Part shown: positions 55,442 to 64,000 of the stretch, piece after piece
Layout: each line of letters opens with the position of its first letter
How positions within the stretch are numbered: the first letter of the stretch is position 1
DNA from: an uncultured virus (IMG/VR IMGVR_UViG_3300030330_002895)
Lineage: Duplodnaviria; Heunggongvirae; Uroviricota; Caudoviricetes
IMG/VR virus record: IMGVR_UViG_3300030330_002895
Coordinates: 1 to 64,000 of that record
Length of the DNA stretch: 64,000 nucleotides
Reading direction: 5' to 3' (one strand)
Notes under the pieces: model-generated
Database searches by the model: none
The model's input: the letters and a program-made list of their open reading frames with translations, nothing else
Told to the model about the DNA's origin: nothing
Position numbers and translations under genes: made by a program

Positions 55442-55827
55442 ATATAGCTAATCATATATTAATTTTATTGGGTGTTTTATTTTTTATAGTAGGTAGCGCT
55501 TTTGGACAGGACTTTGTAAGTTCTGACAACTTTAACAAAACAATAGCAAAAGATGTTGTTGTAGTGGAGTTTTGGGTAGAATGGAACGCCTCTAATCAAT
55601 TTGCAGAATTAAACAAATTAAAAGAGTGTGAAAAGTATAGGGTAGATATAGGCAAGTGCAATAAGATACAAAACAAATATAATGTATCTGCAATACCAAC
55701 TGTTTTAGTTTTTGAAAACGGAGAGGAAAGAGAAAGGTTTGGACCTAATATAATGTTTCAATTAGATGCTGACAAAAAAACAATACAACACTCTGTAGAT
55801 ACAATAATATTAAATAAATTTCAATAA
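55438..55827 (+). CDS. exported thioredoxin-fold protein lacking CxxC
   Basis: Signal peptide ending AFG-Q; VVVEFWVEWN, YNVSAIPTVLVFENGEERERF. Confidence 0.75.
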   Translation: MNIANHILILLGVLFFIVGSAFGQDFVSSDNFNKTIAKDVVVVEFWVEWNASNQFAELNKLKECEKYRVDIGKCNKIQNKYNVSAIPTVLVFENGEERERFGPNIMFQLDADKKTIQHSVDTIILNKFQ

Positions 55828-56318
55828 TGGCATTACAAGAGTTATTAGCATATTCAGCACAAAAAGTAACAATAAAAGCTTTAAGAGGTAATCATTTTCA
55901 ATTAGTGATTAATGTTAAAACAAGTAGTGGTGCTAATTATGATTTTACAAACTCTTCCACCGAAGTAGATAATGGTTATTTTCAAGTTATAACTCCTTCT
56001 GGTAATCAAATGCAAAATATATATGCTGCTTATCAAGGCGGTACTTTAGAAAATATTGCGCCTGAACCTATAACATTTGATACTGTTGTAGAAGATGGAA
56101 AAATAACAATTACGTCAACAAACAATAATGGTTTCTGGCCTGCCCCTGGTATATATAGATACAATATTTTTACACAAAAAGTTGACTCTACAGAAACTAA
56201 TGACCAATTAACTCACTGGTTGTTTGGCGACTTTATTGTTATTGATGACAACCCTTCAAGTAACCTAGGAGGTGTTCCTGCTGCTGAGCAAGGATTTTTT
56301 CCTATAATAGAAGGATAA
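55827..56318 (+). CDS. putative tail/fibre attachment domain protein, paralog family E
   Basis: IKALRGNHF...YDF...EDGKIT...GIYRY...WLFGDF; resembles BppU-like N-terminal domains. Confidence 0.6.
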   Translation: MALQELLAYSAQKVTIKALRGNHFQLVINVKTSSGANYDFTNSSTEVDNGYFQVITPSGNQMQNIYAAYQGGTLENIAPEPITFDTVVEDGKITITSTNNNGFWPAPGIYRYNIFTQKVDSTETNDQLTHWLFGDFIVIDDNPSSNLGGVPAAEQGFFPIIEG

Positions 56319-56329
56319 AATAAAAAATT

Positions 56330-59300
56330 ATGCCTGAAAATATATCTACATATTGGGCAAAAAACGTTAAAATAAAAACATTAAGGGGCAATAGATTTGA
56401 ATTTGTTTTAAATGTTAGAAATGAAGATGGCTCTGACTATTCTTTTCCAGAGGGCCATGTGGCGTTTTTTGCAGCTTTTAAAAACGTGTCTAACCCTGTG
56501 GGTACAATAATGCCCACATCTTCTGGCGCAGCTATACCCTTTAAAACTTTAGTTGAAGAAGGTAAAATTACAGTAAACACTTTAGGTGGAGAAGAGTCGT
56601 TTTATCCAATAGTTGGAACATATAGCTATATTTTGTTTACATATAATCCTAATGATGTTGGCGTTAACTTAGAAGATTTAATGGAAAACATCATTCCAAA
56701 TTGGCATTTAAGAGTTGGTTGGATGAGTGATGAATTAACTGATTTATGGACTAATCCTTATGAAACAGATTCTAATATTTTACAAAATGGTTATTACGAC
56801 GAATGGTTTCATGTTGTAGGAGACGAAGGACTTTATCCATGTTTTATACCAGAATGGAAACTTTTACAAGCAAATCAAGAGTCTGGTTCTAATTTATATT
56901 ATAGCCAGCCTTTAATAGATTTTCCATATATAAATAATGACTACCTAGATAATAATGATGTTTGGAGCAACAACAAGCTAACATATCAAAATGGAATGGA
57001 AGAGCTTGTTTTAAAAACTATTATACACAGAAAAAATATAGTTAAATGTATATTTGATGAAAGACAATATTTGTATAAATGGTCAGTGGTTCCTATACCC
57101 GTTAGATACAATTCTCAATGTTCAGTTACAAATATACCACCACCTGCTACAGAAATTTTTCCAAATGCTAGCTCTTGGACTAATATTGATGGCGATTCTT
57201 ATACTTTTCACACAGGCAATTATCCATTTAATTTTTCTCAATATGTAAATATAGACCCTGAAAACTCTGAAATTGGTACGGTGTTTAGTGCAGAAGAATT
57301 ATTTAACCTAAGTCAATATTTTGATATAGATACAGGACTAACAACTATAGATTTTGCAACAATAGATATGCCAGACACTGTTATTAATCTTTTGCCATTT
57401 GTTGATACTGTTGACGAAATGTTATCTGAAGACATATCAAGTCCAGGCTTTGGACTTAACAGCCAAGATTTTTCTTATACTGGATTTTCAACTATGAGTG
57501 CTGCTACGTCATCATTTATGTATGCAACGTTTAATTATTTTTATGAACAATCTTTAGAATTGTCTGCCAACTATGTTCCAGGAGACCTTTTGTATTACCC
57601 TATAAATGCAGAATTTGACAGTAATACAGTATTTTCTTTTCAAATGTATTTTTCAGGACTTAACCCAGAGCAAACATTTTTATCGTGGGGTATTTTTCCT
57701 TATGGTAATGGTCCTAGCGCTAATAATTTGGTGGCTACAAATTTAGTAGCTCCTGGTTATTTTGGTTTTCCTACTTTTGAAGAATATATAGAGTTTAATA
57801 GTATTGGAGGTTCTCCTCCAGGAAATTACACGCAAGGTTTAAATGACTGGAGAAGAATTAAGCCTGAAAAAGTGGGTTTACCGTACGCCCCAATAGAGTC
57901 TTTAGATGACTTAGACACTTTACTTTCTCCACCACCAATGGGGGTGTCAGACTATTTTACTGTAATGTTTGGAGGCGCTTCTTTAGAATATCCAGACGCT
58001 TTTCCTTGGTGGTCGTATTATCAAACTGGAGGCACTGGCAATATTAATGTTCCATATGTTTCTAATTATAGCGCTATTTTTGCAGAAGGTGCTGAAATAA
58101 CAGATGCATGGCTACCCTTTTATAGCCCACAATCTTTAGTTGATTGGAATGAAGACTATTTAATATTTCCTAAAACATCTTATTTTGTAGATATGTTTAA
58201 CACATATCCTGAGCTAGGTCATATTCCTACAGACGCTATAGGGATAGAGGAACCAACCAATGTTATGCTTGAACAGTTAGGAAATGAATTTCCAATAAGC
58301 CCAGAGCATCAAAATCTTCCTGTAAACACAAATACACCTGGTTGGAATTTAATTCCATATTTAGGTCTTGAAAGTACTTTATGGAACTATTTAAACTACA
58401 CTAATGAAGCTGATTTACCTGGATTTGTATTGTCGGGAGGTGGCGATGTCACATATTGGGGCGTGCCTATAGAAGATGCATATGAACAAACACCAACATA
58501 TAATGAATATATATTTGAATACGACGGAGTAGTGTATGATTTTTCTACTTGGAGTTTAGAGCCGTCTGTAGATGAAAATGGTTTTCCAATTTTAAACACA
58601 TTACAAGAGCAACAGGCTTGGTATGGAAACAATCAAATAAATGACCAGGGGGAACCAACTGGACTTATAGATGATAACCTTACAGTTTATACACCTTTTG
58701 CAAGCCCTGACTCATTTGGGTACTCTTTTCCTGGTGGTTATTATAATCCTGCTAATCAGGGTTTGCCCCCTATACCTAATTCTATTGTAGATTTTGTTTC
58801 TAATACACCTGGATTAGACGGAACAATTTATGACTTATGGTGGAACATGTCTAACAGTTTAATAAATTCTATTACCGAAGTTAGCTCCGTTTTTTCTAAT
58901 CAAATATATTTACAAGAACAATCGCCAGTAACTGCTTTTGATATAGGCATAAATAATGGACTTGATTTTCAAACTTCTAGTTACGGTTATAATAATGTAA
59001 CTGAAGATTTTTTTAACCAAAGCTATGCGCCACAATTTGATGTGTATATATCTGGCTATATATTAAATGCAATGGCAGCACATGTTAGATTTTATCAAGA
59101 AGGAACGAATATAGGGACTGGTCAAATACACGCATTTTGCAGAATTACTCGTCCCGACGGAACAGGTTTTCCAGTAAAACCAGAATTTAATACTATATAT
59201 GGCGAATATGAAATTAATGAATTTAATCAAATACAATCACAAGCAGGCAGCTCTTCATATGTTACTCCTTATGGCCTTGGAATGTTTACTGAAGTTTATA

Positions 59301-61771
59301 ATTTAAATGATGAAGACACTGAAACAACAATTATACCTATAGCTAGAGCTCATCAATTTAATTTTAAACCTGCTTTTGATGGGTCTGTGCTTACAGACGC
59401 CACCCCTGTAGCTGGACAACCTGGAGCTTATGAATTTCTTTTTAGGTTTGTTACCCCATTTGGAGGTGCTAATCAAGTAAATTCAAACACATTAGATAGT
59501 GTTATGGACACGGGTTGGGATTATATAGATTGGGATAATGCTGGTGATAGAAAATTTGTGGTTGAATATAGGTTTGCAAATTTAAAAACAATGTCTCCAC
59601 CTTTTGTTCCTGAAATAAAAAATTGGATTTTTTTAAACGCAAGTAAAAGGGTTTCTATTGTTAACTCTATGCAACAAAGTGTATTAAAATTTACAGGCTA
59701 TGAGCCTTTAATAGGGAGAACTAATCCTGGTAATATTAATAAAAACTATTGGACTATGGGTACTTCTGTTGTTGTAAATGGTAATTTTCCAGAAGTTCCA
59801 AACCCTGACAATTCTGGAATTTTTTCTAACGACGCACTTTATAGAATAGAGCACGTACCTCCAGAAGGTAGTATAATTAAATTTTTTTTAGAAGATATTG
59901 GAGATGAATTGGGTGAAGGCTACACAAATGTTGCAGAAAATTCAAGTTGGGATTATTATGGATATGGAGGGTCACTTGAAAATGAATTACCTATTGGTAC
60001 TAATCAAGGTGGGCAACCTAGCGATATATATGATACATATGATTACTTTAATCCTTATTTTAATATTGAGATTAAAAGTACGTGGCAACATACGAATGGT
60101 CGATTTGGTATAGATATAAATCGTTTAACAGAAGTGTTGTGGGACGGTGCTCTTGGTGCTGCAATGGGTGCTCCAACGGGGGGTAATTACAGCGCTGCAT
60201 TGTGGGGCGTAGAAATTAATCCAGAACATTATCCAATATATCAAATAGACCAGCTACCTAATGAAGGAGAATCTCTTTTTAAAGTTTACAATGCGTTGGG
60301 TGATGGTTTTGGTACTGAATTACCTCCAATTCTTTTTGATATGTATTATTTAAATGAATCAACTGGAGAAACAGGTATTGTAGAAATACGTAATGCAAGT
60401 TTGTATATGAGCATTCCTATCGCAAATAATGGATTGTCTTCTCTTTATAATGACAATAGCGGCCCTGTAAATGGTACTGGTGGAAGTTCTGGTTTTAATA
60501 TAGAAACACCACTTAATTATCAAAATTGGAATGGAGTAAATGCTTTAGACGACACTCCTTATATTGAACAAGTAGCTAATCAACAAAATATGTTATCTAG
60601 TGCGTGGTTAATTCCAAGGTCAAGAATTTTAAATACTAAGCGAATATTTTGGCATGGGGCTACCTCACAGAATACGGAAGAAAATGAAATAATTACTTCA
60701 TATTATGGAATGACATATAGTGAAATAAATTCTAATTGGCAGGGTCTTGCAGGTTATTTATCTTTAAGCCCCATAGACAATGAATTTGAGACTAGAGGAG
60801 GCTCTAACAATAGTAGGGACATAACTGCTATATTGCCGCAAAACCCAGAGTGGCATGGCAATCCAATGAAATTTTGGTTTGAAAGCAGAGAGTTTTACAA
60901 GCCAAGAATTATAGGGGGACCTCCTCCAGAGCTTGGTGGAACAAACCCGTATTGGCAAGCAGAAGAAATATGTTTAAGAGCGGGTGGAGTTTTTATAAAT
61001 AAGATTAGTGGAGGGCATGTAGAAATTAATGCACAAAATTGTTCATATACTGATGTTTTTTGGACTCCAGAAATAATGGCTGAATGGCCAACAGACCCAG
61101 AGTCAGGACTTTTTATTCCCGCAGAACACCCTAATGGAAGTGGTCAATTAATATATGGAAAAGTTTATGCTTATTGGGTTCCTCCTGGAAGAGGTATGGC
61201 TCCTCCAAGAATAACTTTTTTAAGCAAAAGTATTAGAAGGGTAAACTATACAGAATTTTTAGGAACTGATGCGCAAAGTCAGCCTTCTAGGGTTGTAGAA
61301 AGAAAAGGTGAATTGAGAGTGTCAGGAACAGCCATGACTATGGATTTGATGAAACTTACAATAAATGAACCTCCTGAATATAATTTGTTTGAATACACGG
61401 TAAAAATAACTAAGGCTGATGACCCAGAATTTATATATGATACTTTTGATATAGACGCATCTGTGCCCTTTCCAACTGATTTTGAAAATTATGATTGGTC
61501 ACAACCCACTACTGTCACAAATCAAACTACAATATTTTTAGGACAAATGGGCATACCTGATGGTCAAGAATTGCAATTTTATATAAAACCAAAAGAAAGT
61601 TACAGGCAGTTTGATACATCTCAAGAATCCTACATAAGATTAGCTGGGACATACTTTTCAACTACATGGGGAAATAATTCGTATCTTAGTGAAGACGTGT
61701 TAACTCCTGTAAAAGCAAATTATTGGTTATATGGAGATTTTGTAGTAAATAAAAATAACGAAAACGAGTAA
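56330..61771 (+). CDS. giant acidic tail fibre/spike-like protein (1813 aa), family E domain with a huge insertion
   Basis: The first ~107 aa and the C-terminal NYWLYGDFVV align to the 163-aa neighbour. Confidence 0.65.
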   Translation: MPENISTYWAKNVKIKTLRGNRFEFVLNVRNEDGSDYSFPEGHVAFFAAFKNVSNPVGTIMPTSSGAAIPFKTLVEEGKITVNTLGGEESFYPIVGTYSYILFTYNPNDVGVNLEDLMENIIPNWHLRVGWMSDELTDLWTNPYETDSNILQNGYYDEWFHVVGDEGLYPCFIPEWKLLQANQESGSNLYYSQPLIDFPYINNDYLDNNDVWSNNKLTYQNGMEELVLKTIIHRKNIVKCIFDERQYLYKWSVVPIPVRYNSQCSVTNIPPPATEIFPNASSWTNIDGDSYTFHTGNYPFNFSQYVNIDPENSEIGTVFSAEELFNLSQYFDIDTGLTTIDFATIDMPDTVINLLPFVDTVDEMLSEDISSPGFGLNSQDFSYTGFSTMSAATSSFMYATFNYFYEQSLELSANYVPGDLLYYPINAEFDSNTVFSFQMYFSGLNPEQTFLSWGIFPYGNGPSANNLVATNLVAPGYFGFPTFEEYIEFNSIGGSPPGNYTQGLNDWRRIKPEKVGLPYAPIESLDDLDTLLSPPPMGVSDYFTVMFGGASLEYPDAFPWWSYYQTGGTGNINVPYVSNYSAIFAEGAEITDAWLPFYSPQSLVDWNEDYLIFPKTSYFVDMFNTYPELGHIPTDAIGIEEPTNVMLEQLGNEFPISPEHQNLPVNTNTPGWNLIPYLGLESTLWNYLNYTNEADLPGFVLSGGGDVTYWGVPIEDAYEQTPTYNEYIFEYDGVVYDFSTWSLEPSVDENGFPILNTLQEQQAWYGNNQINDQGEPTGLIDDNLTVYTPFASPDSFGYSFPGGYYNPANQGLPPIPNSIVDFVSNTPGLDGTIYDLWWNMSNSLINSITEVSSVFSNQIYLQEQSPVTAFDIGINNGLDFQTSSYGYNNVTEDFFNQSYAPQFDVYISGYILNAMAAHVRFYQEGTNIGTGQIHAFCRITRPDGTGFPVKPEFNTIYGEYEINEFNQIQSQAGSSSYVTPYGLGMFTEVYNLNDEDTETTIIPIARAHQFNFKPAFDGSVLTDATPVAGQPGAYEFLFRFVTPFGGANQVNSNTLDSVMDTGWDYIDWDNAGDRKFVVEYRFANLKTMSPPFVPEIKNWIFLNASKRVSIVNSMQQSVLKFTGYEPLIGRTNPGNINKNYWTMGTSVVVNGNFPEVPNPDNSGIFSNDALYRIEHVPPEGSIIKFFLEDIGDELGEGYTNVAENSSWDYYGYGGSLENELPIGTNQGGQPSDIYDTYDYFNPYFNIEIKSTWQHTNGRFGIDINRLTEVLWDGALGAAMGAPTGGNYSAALWGVEINPEHYPIYQIDQLPNEGESLFKVYNALGDGFGTELPPILFDMYYLNESTGETGIVEIRNASLYMSIPIANNGLSSLYNDNSGPVNGTGGSSGFNIETPLNYQNWNGVNALDDTPYIEQVANQQNMLSSAWLIPRSRILNTKRIFWHGATSQNTEENEIITSYYGMTYSEINSNWQGLAGYLSLSPIDNEFETRGGSNNSRDITAILPQNPEWHGNPMKFWFESREFYKPRIIGGPPPELGGTNPYWQAEEICLRAGGVFINKISGGHVEINAQNCSYTDVFWTPEIMAEWPTDPESGLFIPAEHPNGSGQLIYGKVYAYWVPPGRGMAPPRITFLSKSIRRVNYTEFLGTDAQSQPSRVVERKGELRVSGTAMTMDLMKLTINEPPEYNLFEYTVKITKADDPEFIYDTFDIDASVPFPTDFENYDWSQPTTVTNQTTIFLGQMGIPDGQELQFYIKPKESYRQFDTSQESYIRLAGTYFSTTWGNNSYLSEDVLTPVKANYWLYGDFVVNKNNENE

Positions 61772-61772
61772 A

Positions 61773-62063
61773 ATGAAATATTTAGTTGACAAAACATCTG
61801 GATTAAATATAGTTCATAATAATTTAAGTGGATTGCCAGAAATTACTATTAACTTAAGTTTGTCTAAAGCAAAAATAGTTTTAAAAAATAGCGCACATAT
61901 AAGTGGCGTTTACGATTTAAACACTGGTAAAAAAAATCCAGGAATGTCATATTGTGAAATACAAGAAAAAAAACCAACCATTACAGATGATTGGATTTCT
62001 ATTTCATCAACTACAAAAAATCAATTATCCCTTAACTTAAAAACTAAATTAAAACAATTATGA
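61773..62063 (+). CDS. hypothetical protein
   Basis: 96-aa ORF tightly coupled to its neighbours. Confidence 0.6.
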   Translation: MKYLVDKTSGLNIVHNNLSGLPEITINLSLSKAKIVLKNSAHISGVYDLNTGKKNPGMSYCEIQEKKPTITDDWISISSTTKNQLSLNLKTKLKQL

Positions 62064-62548
62064 AATTAGAAGTAATACGAGTGTCTAATAGCAATGACTC
62101 TACAAGTGGTTTATTATATATATCTCATGGAGATTTTGACAAAGAGTTTTTGTGTTACACTTTAGAAGATGAATATAGAAAAGAAAAAAAATATGGAGAA
62201 ACTAGAATCCCTGAAGGGACTTATAAGCTTGGCCTTAGAACAGTTGGTGGCTATAATGAAAAATATAAAAAACGTTTTAAAGACATTCATATTGGCATGC
62301 TTCACGTTCTTGATGTGCCTAATTTTGAGTATATACTTATACATTGTGGTAATACTGACGAGCATACAGCTGGCTGCCTCCTTGTGGGAGACACCCAAGA
62401 AAACAACAAAATCAAGAAGGACGGTTTTATAGGTAAGTCATCACAAGCATATAAAAGAATATATCCTGAAATAGCTAAAGCTATAAAAATAGGTCAGGAA
62501 GTAACAATCACATATAAAGATATAACTAACGGTAATTGTGTATGTTAA
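62060..62548 (+). CDS. DUF5675-family protein, putative endolysin
   Basis: CYTLED, TRIPEGTY, ILIHCGN...TAGCLLVG; adjacent to a holin. Confidence 0.78.
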   Translation: MKLEVIRVSNSNDSTSGLLYISHGDFDKEFLCYTLEDEYRKEKKYGETRIPEGTYKLGLRTVGGYNEKYKKRFKDIHIGMLHVLDVPNFEYILIHCGNTDEHTAGCLLVGDTQENNKIKKDGFIGKSSQAYKRIYPEIAKAIKIGQEVTITYKDITNGNCVC

Positions 62549-62928
62549 AAGGTATAGTAAAAAACCTGATAGGTAATGCAGGTGAAATATTAGATGAGGT
62601 AATAACCACAGACGAAGAAAGGTTAGATGCTAAAAGAAAGCTTAAAGAGCTGATACTCAGTCATCAAGCTCAAATGGAGCAAAATATAACTGACAGGTGG
62701 AAAGCTGACATGAACAGTGATTCTTGGCTTTCAAAAAACGTTAGACCATTAATGCTTATATTTGTAATGGTATGTACCATGCTTTTAATATTTATAGACG
62801 CTGGATTTCTTGAGTTTCAAGTGGAAGAAAAGTGGACAGATTTATTAACAATGGTACTAATAACAATCGTGGGTTCTTATTTTGGAGGACGTTCGTTAGA
62901 AAAGGTTAGAAATGGCAAAGCTAAATAG
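62542..62928 (+). CDS. holin (3TM/GTA-holin-like)
   Basis: RWKADMNSDSWLSKNVRP, two hydrophobic helices, YFGGRSLEK. Confidence 0.78.
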   Translation: MLKGIVKNLIGNAGEILDEVITTDEERLDAKRKLKELILSHQAQMEQNITDRWKADMNSDSWLSKNVRPLMLIFVMVCTMLLIFIDAGFLEFQVEEKWTDLLTMVLITIVGSYFGGRSLEKVRNGKAK

Positions 62929-63037
62929 TTTTATATACAGAAGTAATGGGGGTAAAAAACGAAAAGGCGTGCATAGCAAAAATGCTAGCAAGTCACAAAA
63001 TAGTTACAAAAAACCCTATAGGGGACAAGGAAGATAA
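62912..63037 (+). CDS. small basic protein ending YRGQGR (41 aa)
   Basis: MAKLNSFIYRSNGGKKRKGVHSKNASKSQNSYKKPYRGQGR; this C-terminus recurs in aquatic phage small proteins. Not in the ORF track. Confidence 0.7.
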   Translation: MAKLNSFIYRSNGGKKRKGVHSKNASKSQNSYKKPYRGQGR

Positions 63038-63040
63038 ATT

Positions 63041-63370
63041 ATGGCAAAAACACCAGCATGGCAAAGAAAAGAGGGTAAAAACCCTAGTGGTGGCTTAAAT
63101 AAAAAAGGAGTTGCTTCTTATAGAAGAGCAAACCCTGGCTCTAAACTTAAAACAGCTGTAACCACTAAGCCTTCTAAATTAAAAAAAGGAAGTAAAGCTG
63201 CTAAAAGACGTAAATCTTTTTGTGCTAGAATGAAAGGTATGAAAAAAAGACTTACTAGCGCAAAAACAGCAAGAGACCCAAATTCAAGAATAAATAAATC
63301 TCTTCGTAAATGGAATTGTAATACAGGTTGTAGAGTTCCTATGAGAAAAGCTGGAGAACAATACGATTAG
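63041..63370 (+). CDS. small basic protein (DUF6321-like) with QYD tail
   Basis: AWQRKEGKNPSGGLN...RRKSFCARM...SLRKWNC core, then NTGCRVPMRKAGEQYD. Confidence 0.75.
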   Translation: MAKTPAWQRKEGKNPSGGLNKKGVASYRRANPGSKLKTAVTTKPSKLKKGSKAAKRRKSFCARMKGMKKRLTSAKTARDPNSRINKSLRKWNCNTGCRVPMRKAGEQYD

Positions 63371-63372
63371 TT

Positions 63373-63564
63373 ATGGCAAAGAAAGATGCATGTTATTATA
63401 AAGTAAAACGTAGATATAAGGTTTGGCCTTCTGCATATGCAAGTGGTGCATTGGCTAAATGTAGAAAAAAAGGTGCTAAGAATTGGGGAACTGGTGGTAA
63501 AAAGAAAAAGAAAATGGCGCATGGTGGTAAAATTTGTTGTTTAATGAAGTATCAAAAAGATTAA
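63373..63564 (+). CDS. small basic protein with GG...QKD tail
   Basis: DACYYKVKRRYKVWPSAYASGAL core, ends MAHGGKICCLMKYQKD. Confidence 0.75.
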   Translation: MAKKDACYYKVKRRYKVWPSAYASGALAKCRKKGAKNWGTGGKKKKKMAHGGKICCLMKYQKD

Positions 63565-63833
63565 TGGCTGTACGTAAAACAAAAAAAGGTTTAGCTCTTA
63601 AACGATGGTTTAAAGAAGATTGGAGAACTCCGTCAGGCAAAAAAGATTATAGTGGTGGTGAAAGCACATTTCGTCCTACAAAACGTGTATCAAAGAAAAC
63701 GCCCTCTACATGGTCAGAGCTTACATCTGCAGAAAAGGCTGCGGCAAAAAAAGAAAAAAGAAAAAAGGGTAGGGTTGGTCGATATAAAAAGAAAAGAAAA
63801 AAAGAGCAAGGAGGTTTAATACAATACGATTAA
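63564..63833 (+). CDS. small basic protein (DUF5872-like) with GG...QYD tail
   Basis: LKRWFKEDW...RPTKRVSKKTP core, ends KEQGGLIQYD; start at the TAATG overlap. Confidence 0.75.
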   Translation: MAVRKTKKGLALKRWFKEDWRTPSGKKDYSGGESTFRPTKRVSKKTPSTWSELTSAEKAAAKKEKRKKGRVGRYKKKRKKEQGGLIQYD

Positions 63834-63834
63834 T

Positions 63835-64000
63835 ATGGCAAGAAATTCATTAGCTGGTAAAAGAACGGGTAAATCTAAAACTGCAAAATATTATGCTAAA
63901 AATCCTAAAGCTAGGGCAAAAAAGAAAAAGTATGATACAAATTACCACAAATCTTCATCAAGAAAAAAATACCGCGCAAAGCTGAACAAGTTTAATAAAA
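63835..64000 (+). CDS. small basic protein (runs off the window)
   Basis: MARNSLAGKRTGKSKTAKYYAKNPKARAKK..., open to the window end. Confidence 0.65.
   Translation, partial: MARNSLAGKRTGKSKTAKYYAKNPKARAKKKKYDTNYHKSSSRKKYRAKLNKFNK

Noticed and set aside
55438..55827. Active thioredoxin (auxiliary metabolic gene)
   Set aside because: The WCxxC active site is replaced by WVEWN.
56650..61718. Intein as the explanation of the giant insertion
   Set aside because: No C/S start with a His-Asn end and no LAGLIDADG motif is visible; the composition is that of an extracellular structural domain.
12817..62398. Numerous minus-strand ORFs in the track opposite late genes, and plus-strand ORFs at 3092, 5783 and 6299
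   Set aside because: Antisense shadows of real genes with biased S/F/L/I composition and no start context.
9297..64000. Stop-codon reassignment as seen in some crAss-like phages
   Set aside because: Genes are long and tightly packed in code 11, and TAG and TGA act as real stops at gene junctions.
1..64000. CRISPR array, tRNA/rRNA genes, integrase, transposase or DGR reverse transcriptase
   Set aside because: No regularly spaced repeats, cloverleafs or catalytic motifs were found by eye; a tRNAscan/Infernal run would be needed to be certain.

Overview
This AT-rich window is part of a crAss-like (Crassvirales-type) podovirus genome, most likely infecting a Bacteroidota host. The evidence is TAnnTTTG promoters, A-rich starts without Shine-Dalgarno sites and a T9SS-type sorting tail. 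It reads in the standard genetic code and has two divergent halves. (i) 1-8.85 kb, minus strand, early/replication genes: RusA-like resolvase, NinB-like protein, SSB-like protein, Sak4-like AAA ATPase, HU-like protein, DnaB, an initiator-like fragment, an amidoligase plus class II glutamine amidotransferase pair, and an array of mini-ORFs. (ii) 9.3-64 kb, plus strand, late genes: paralogous small virion proteins, large terminase, portal, scaffold-like protein, major capsid protein (start lost in a 10-N gap), ring/tail proteins and a 2313-aa tail stabilisation protein. These are followed by three ejected cargo proteins (one with a GH108 lysozyme domain), a 3981-aa virion RNA polymerase polyprotein, a cell-envelope module, lysis genes and small basic proteins. 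Most notable observations: (1) six unrelated small basic proteins share a C-terminal G-x-[KR]-hydrophobic ... Q-[YK]-D-stop tag, and the G motif also punctuates a cargo protein; (2) the virion RNAP carries GSDLDGD, the eukaryotic RNAi RdRP signature; (3) a secreted LDLa-like protein with a T9SS-type tail sits next to an outer-membrane beta-barrel; (4) a ~1690-aa insertion lies in one loop of a duplicated small domain; (5) several late transcripts appear leaderless, and there is a palindromic divergent promoter. All family calls come from motif recognition by eye, not database searches.
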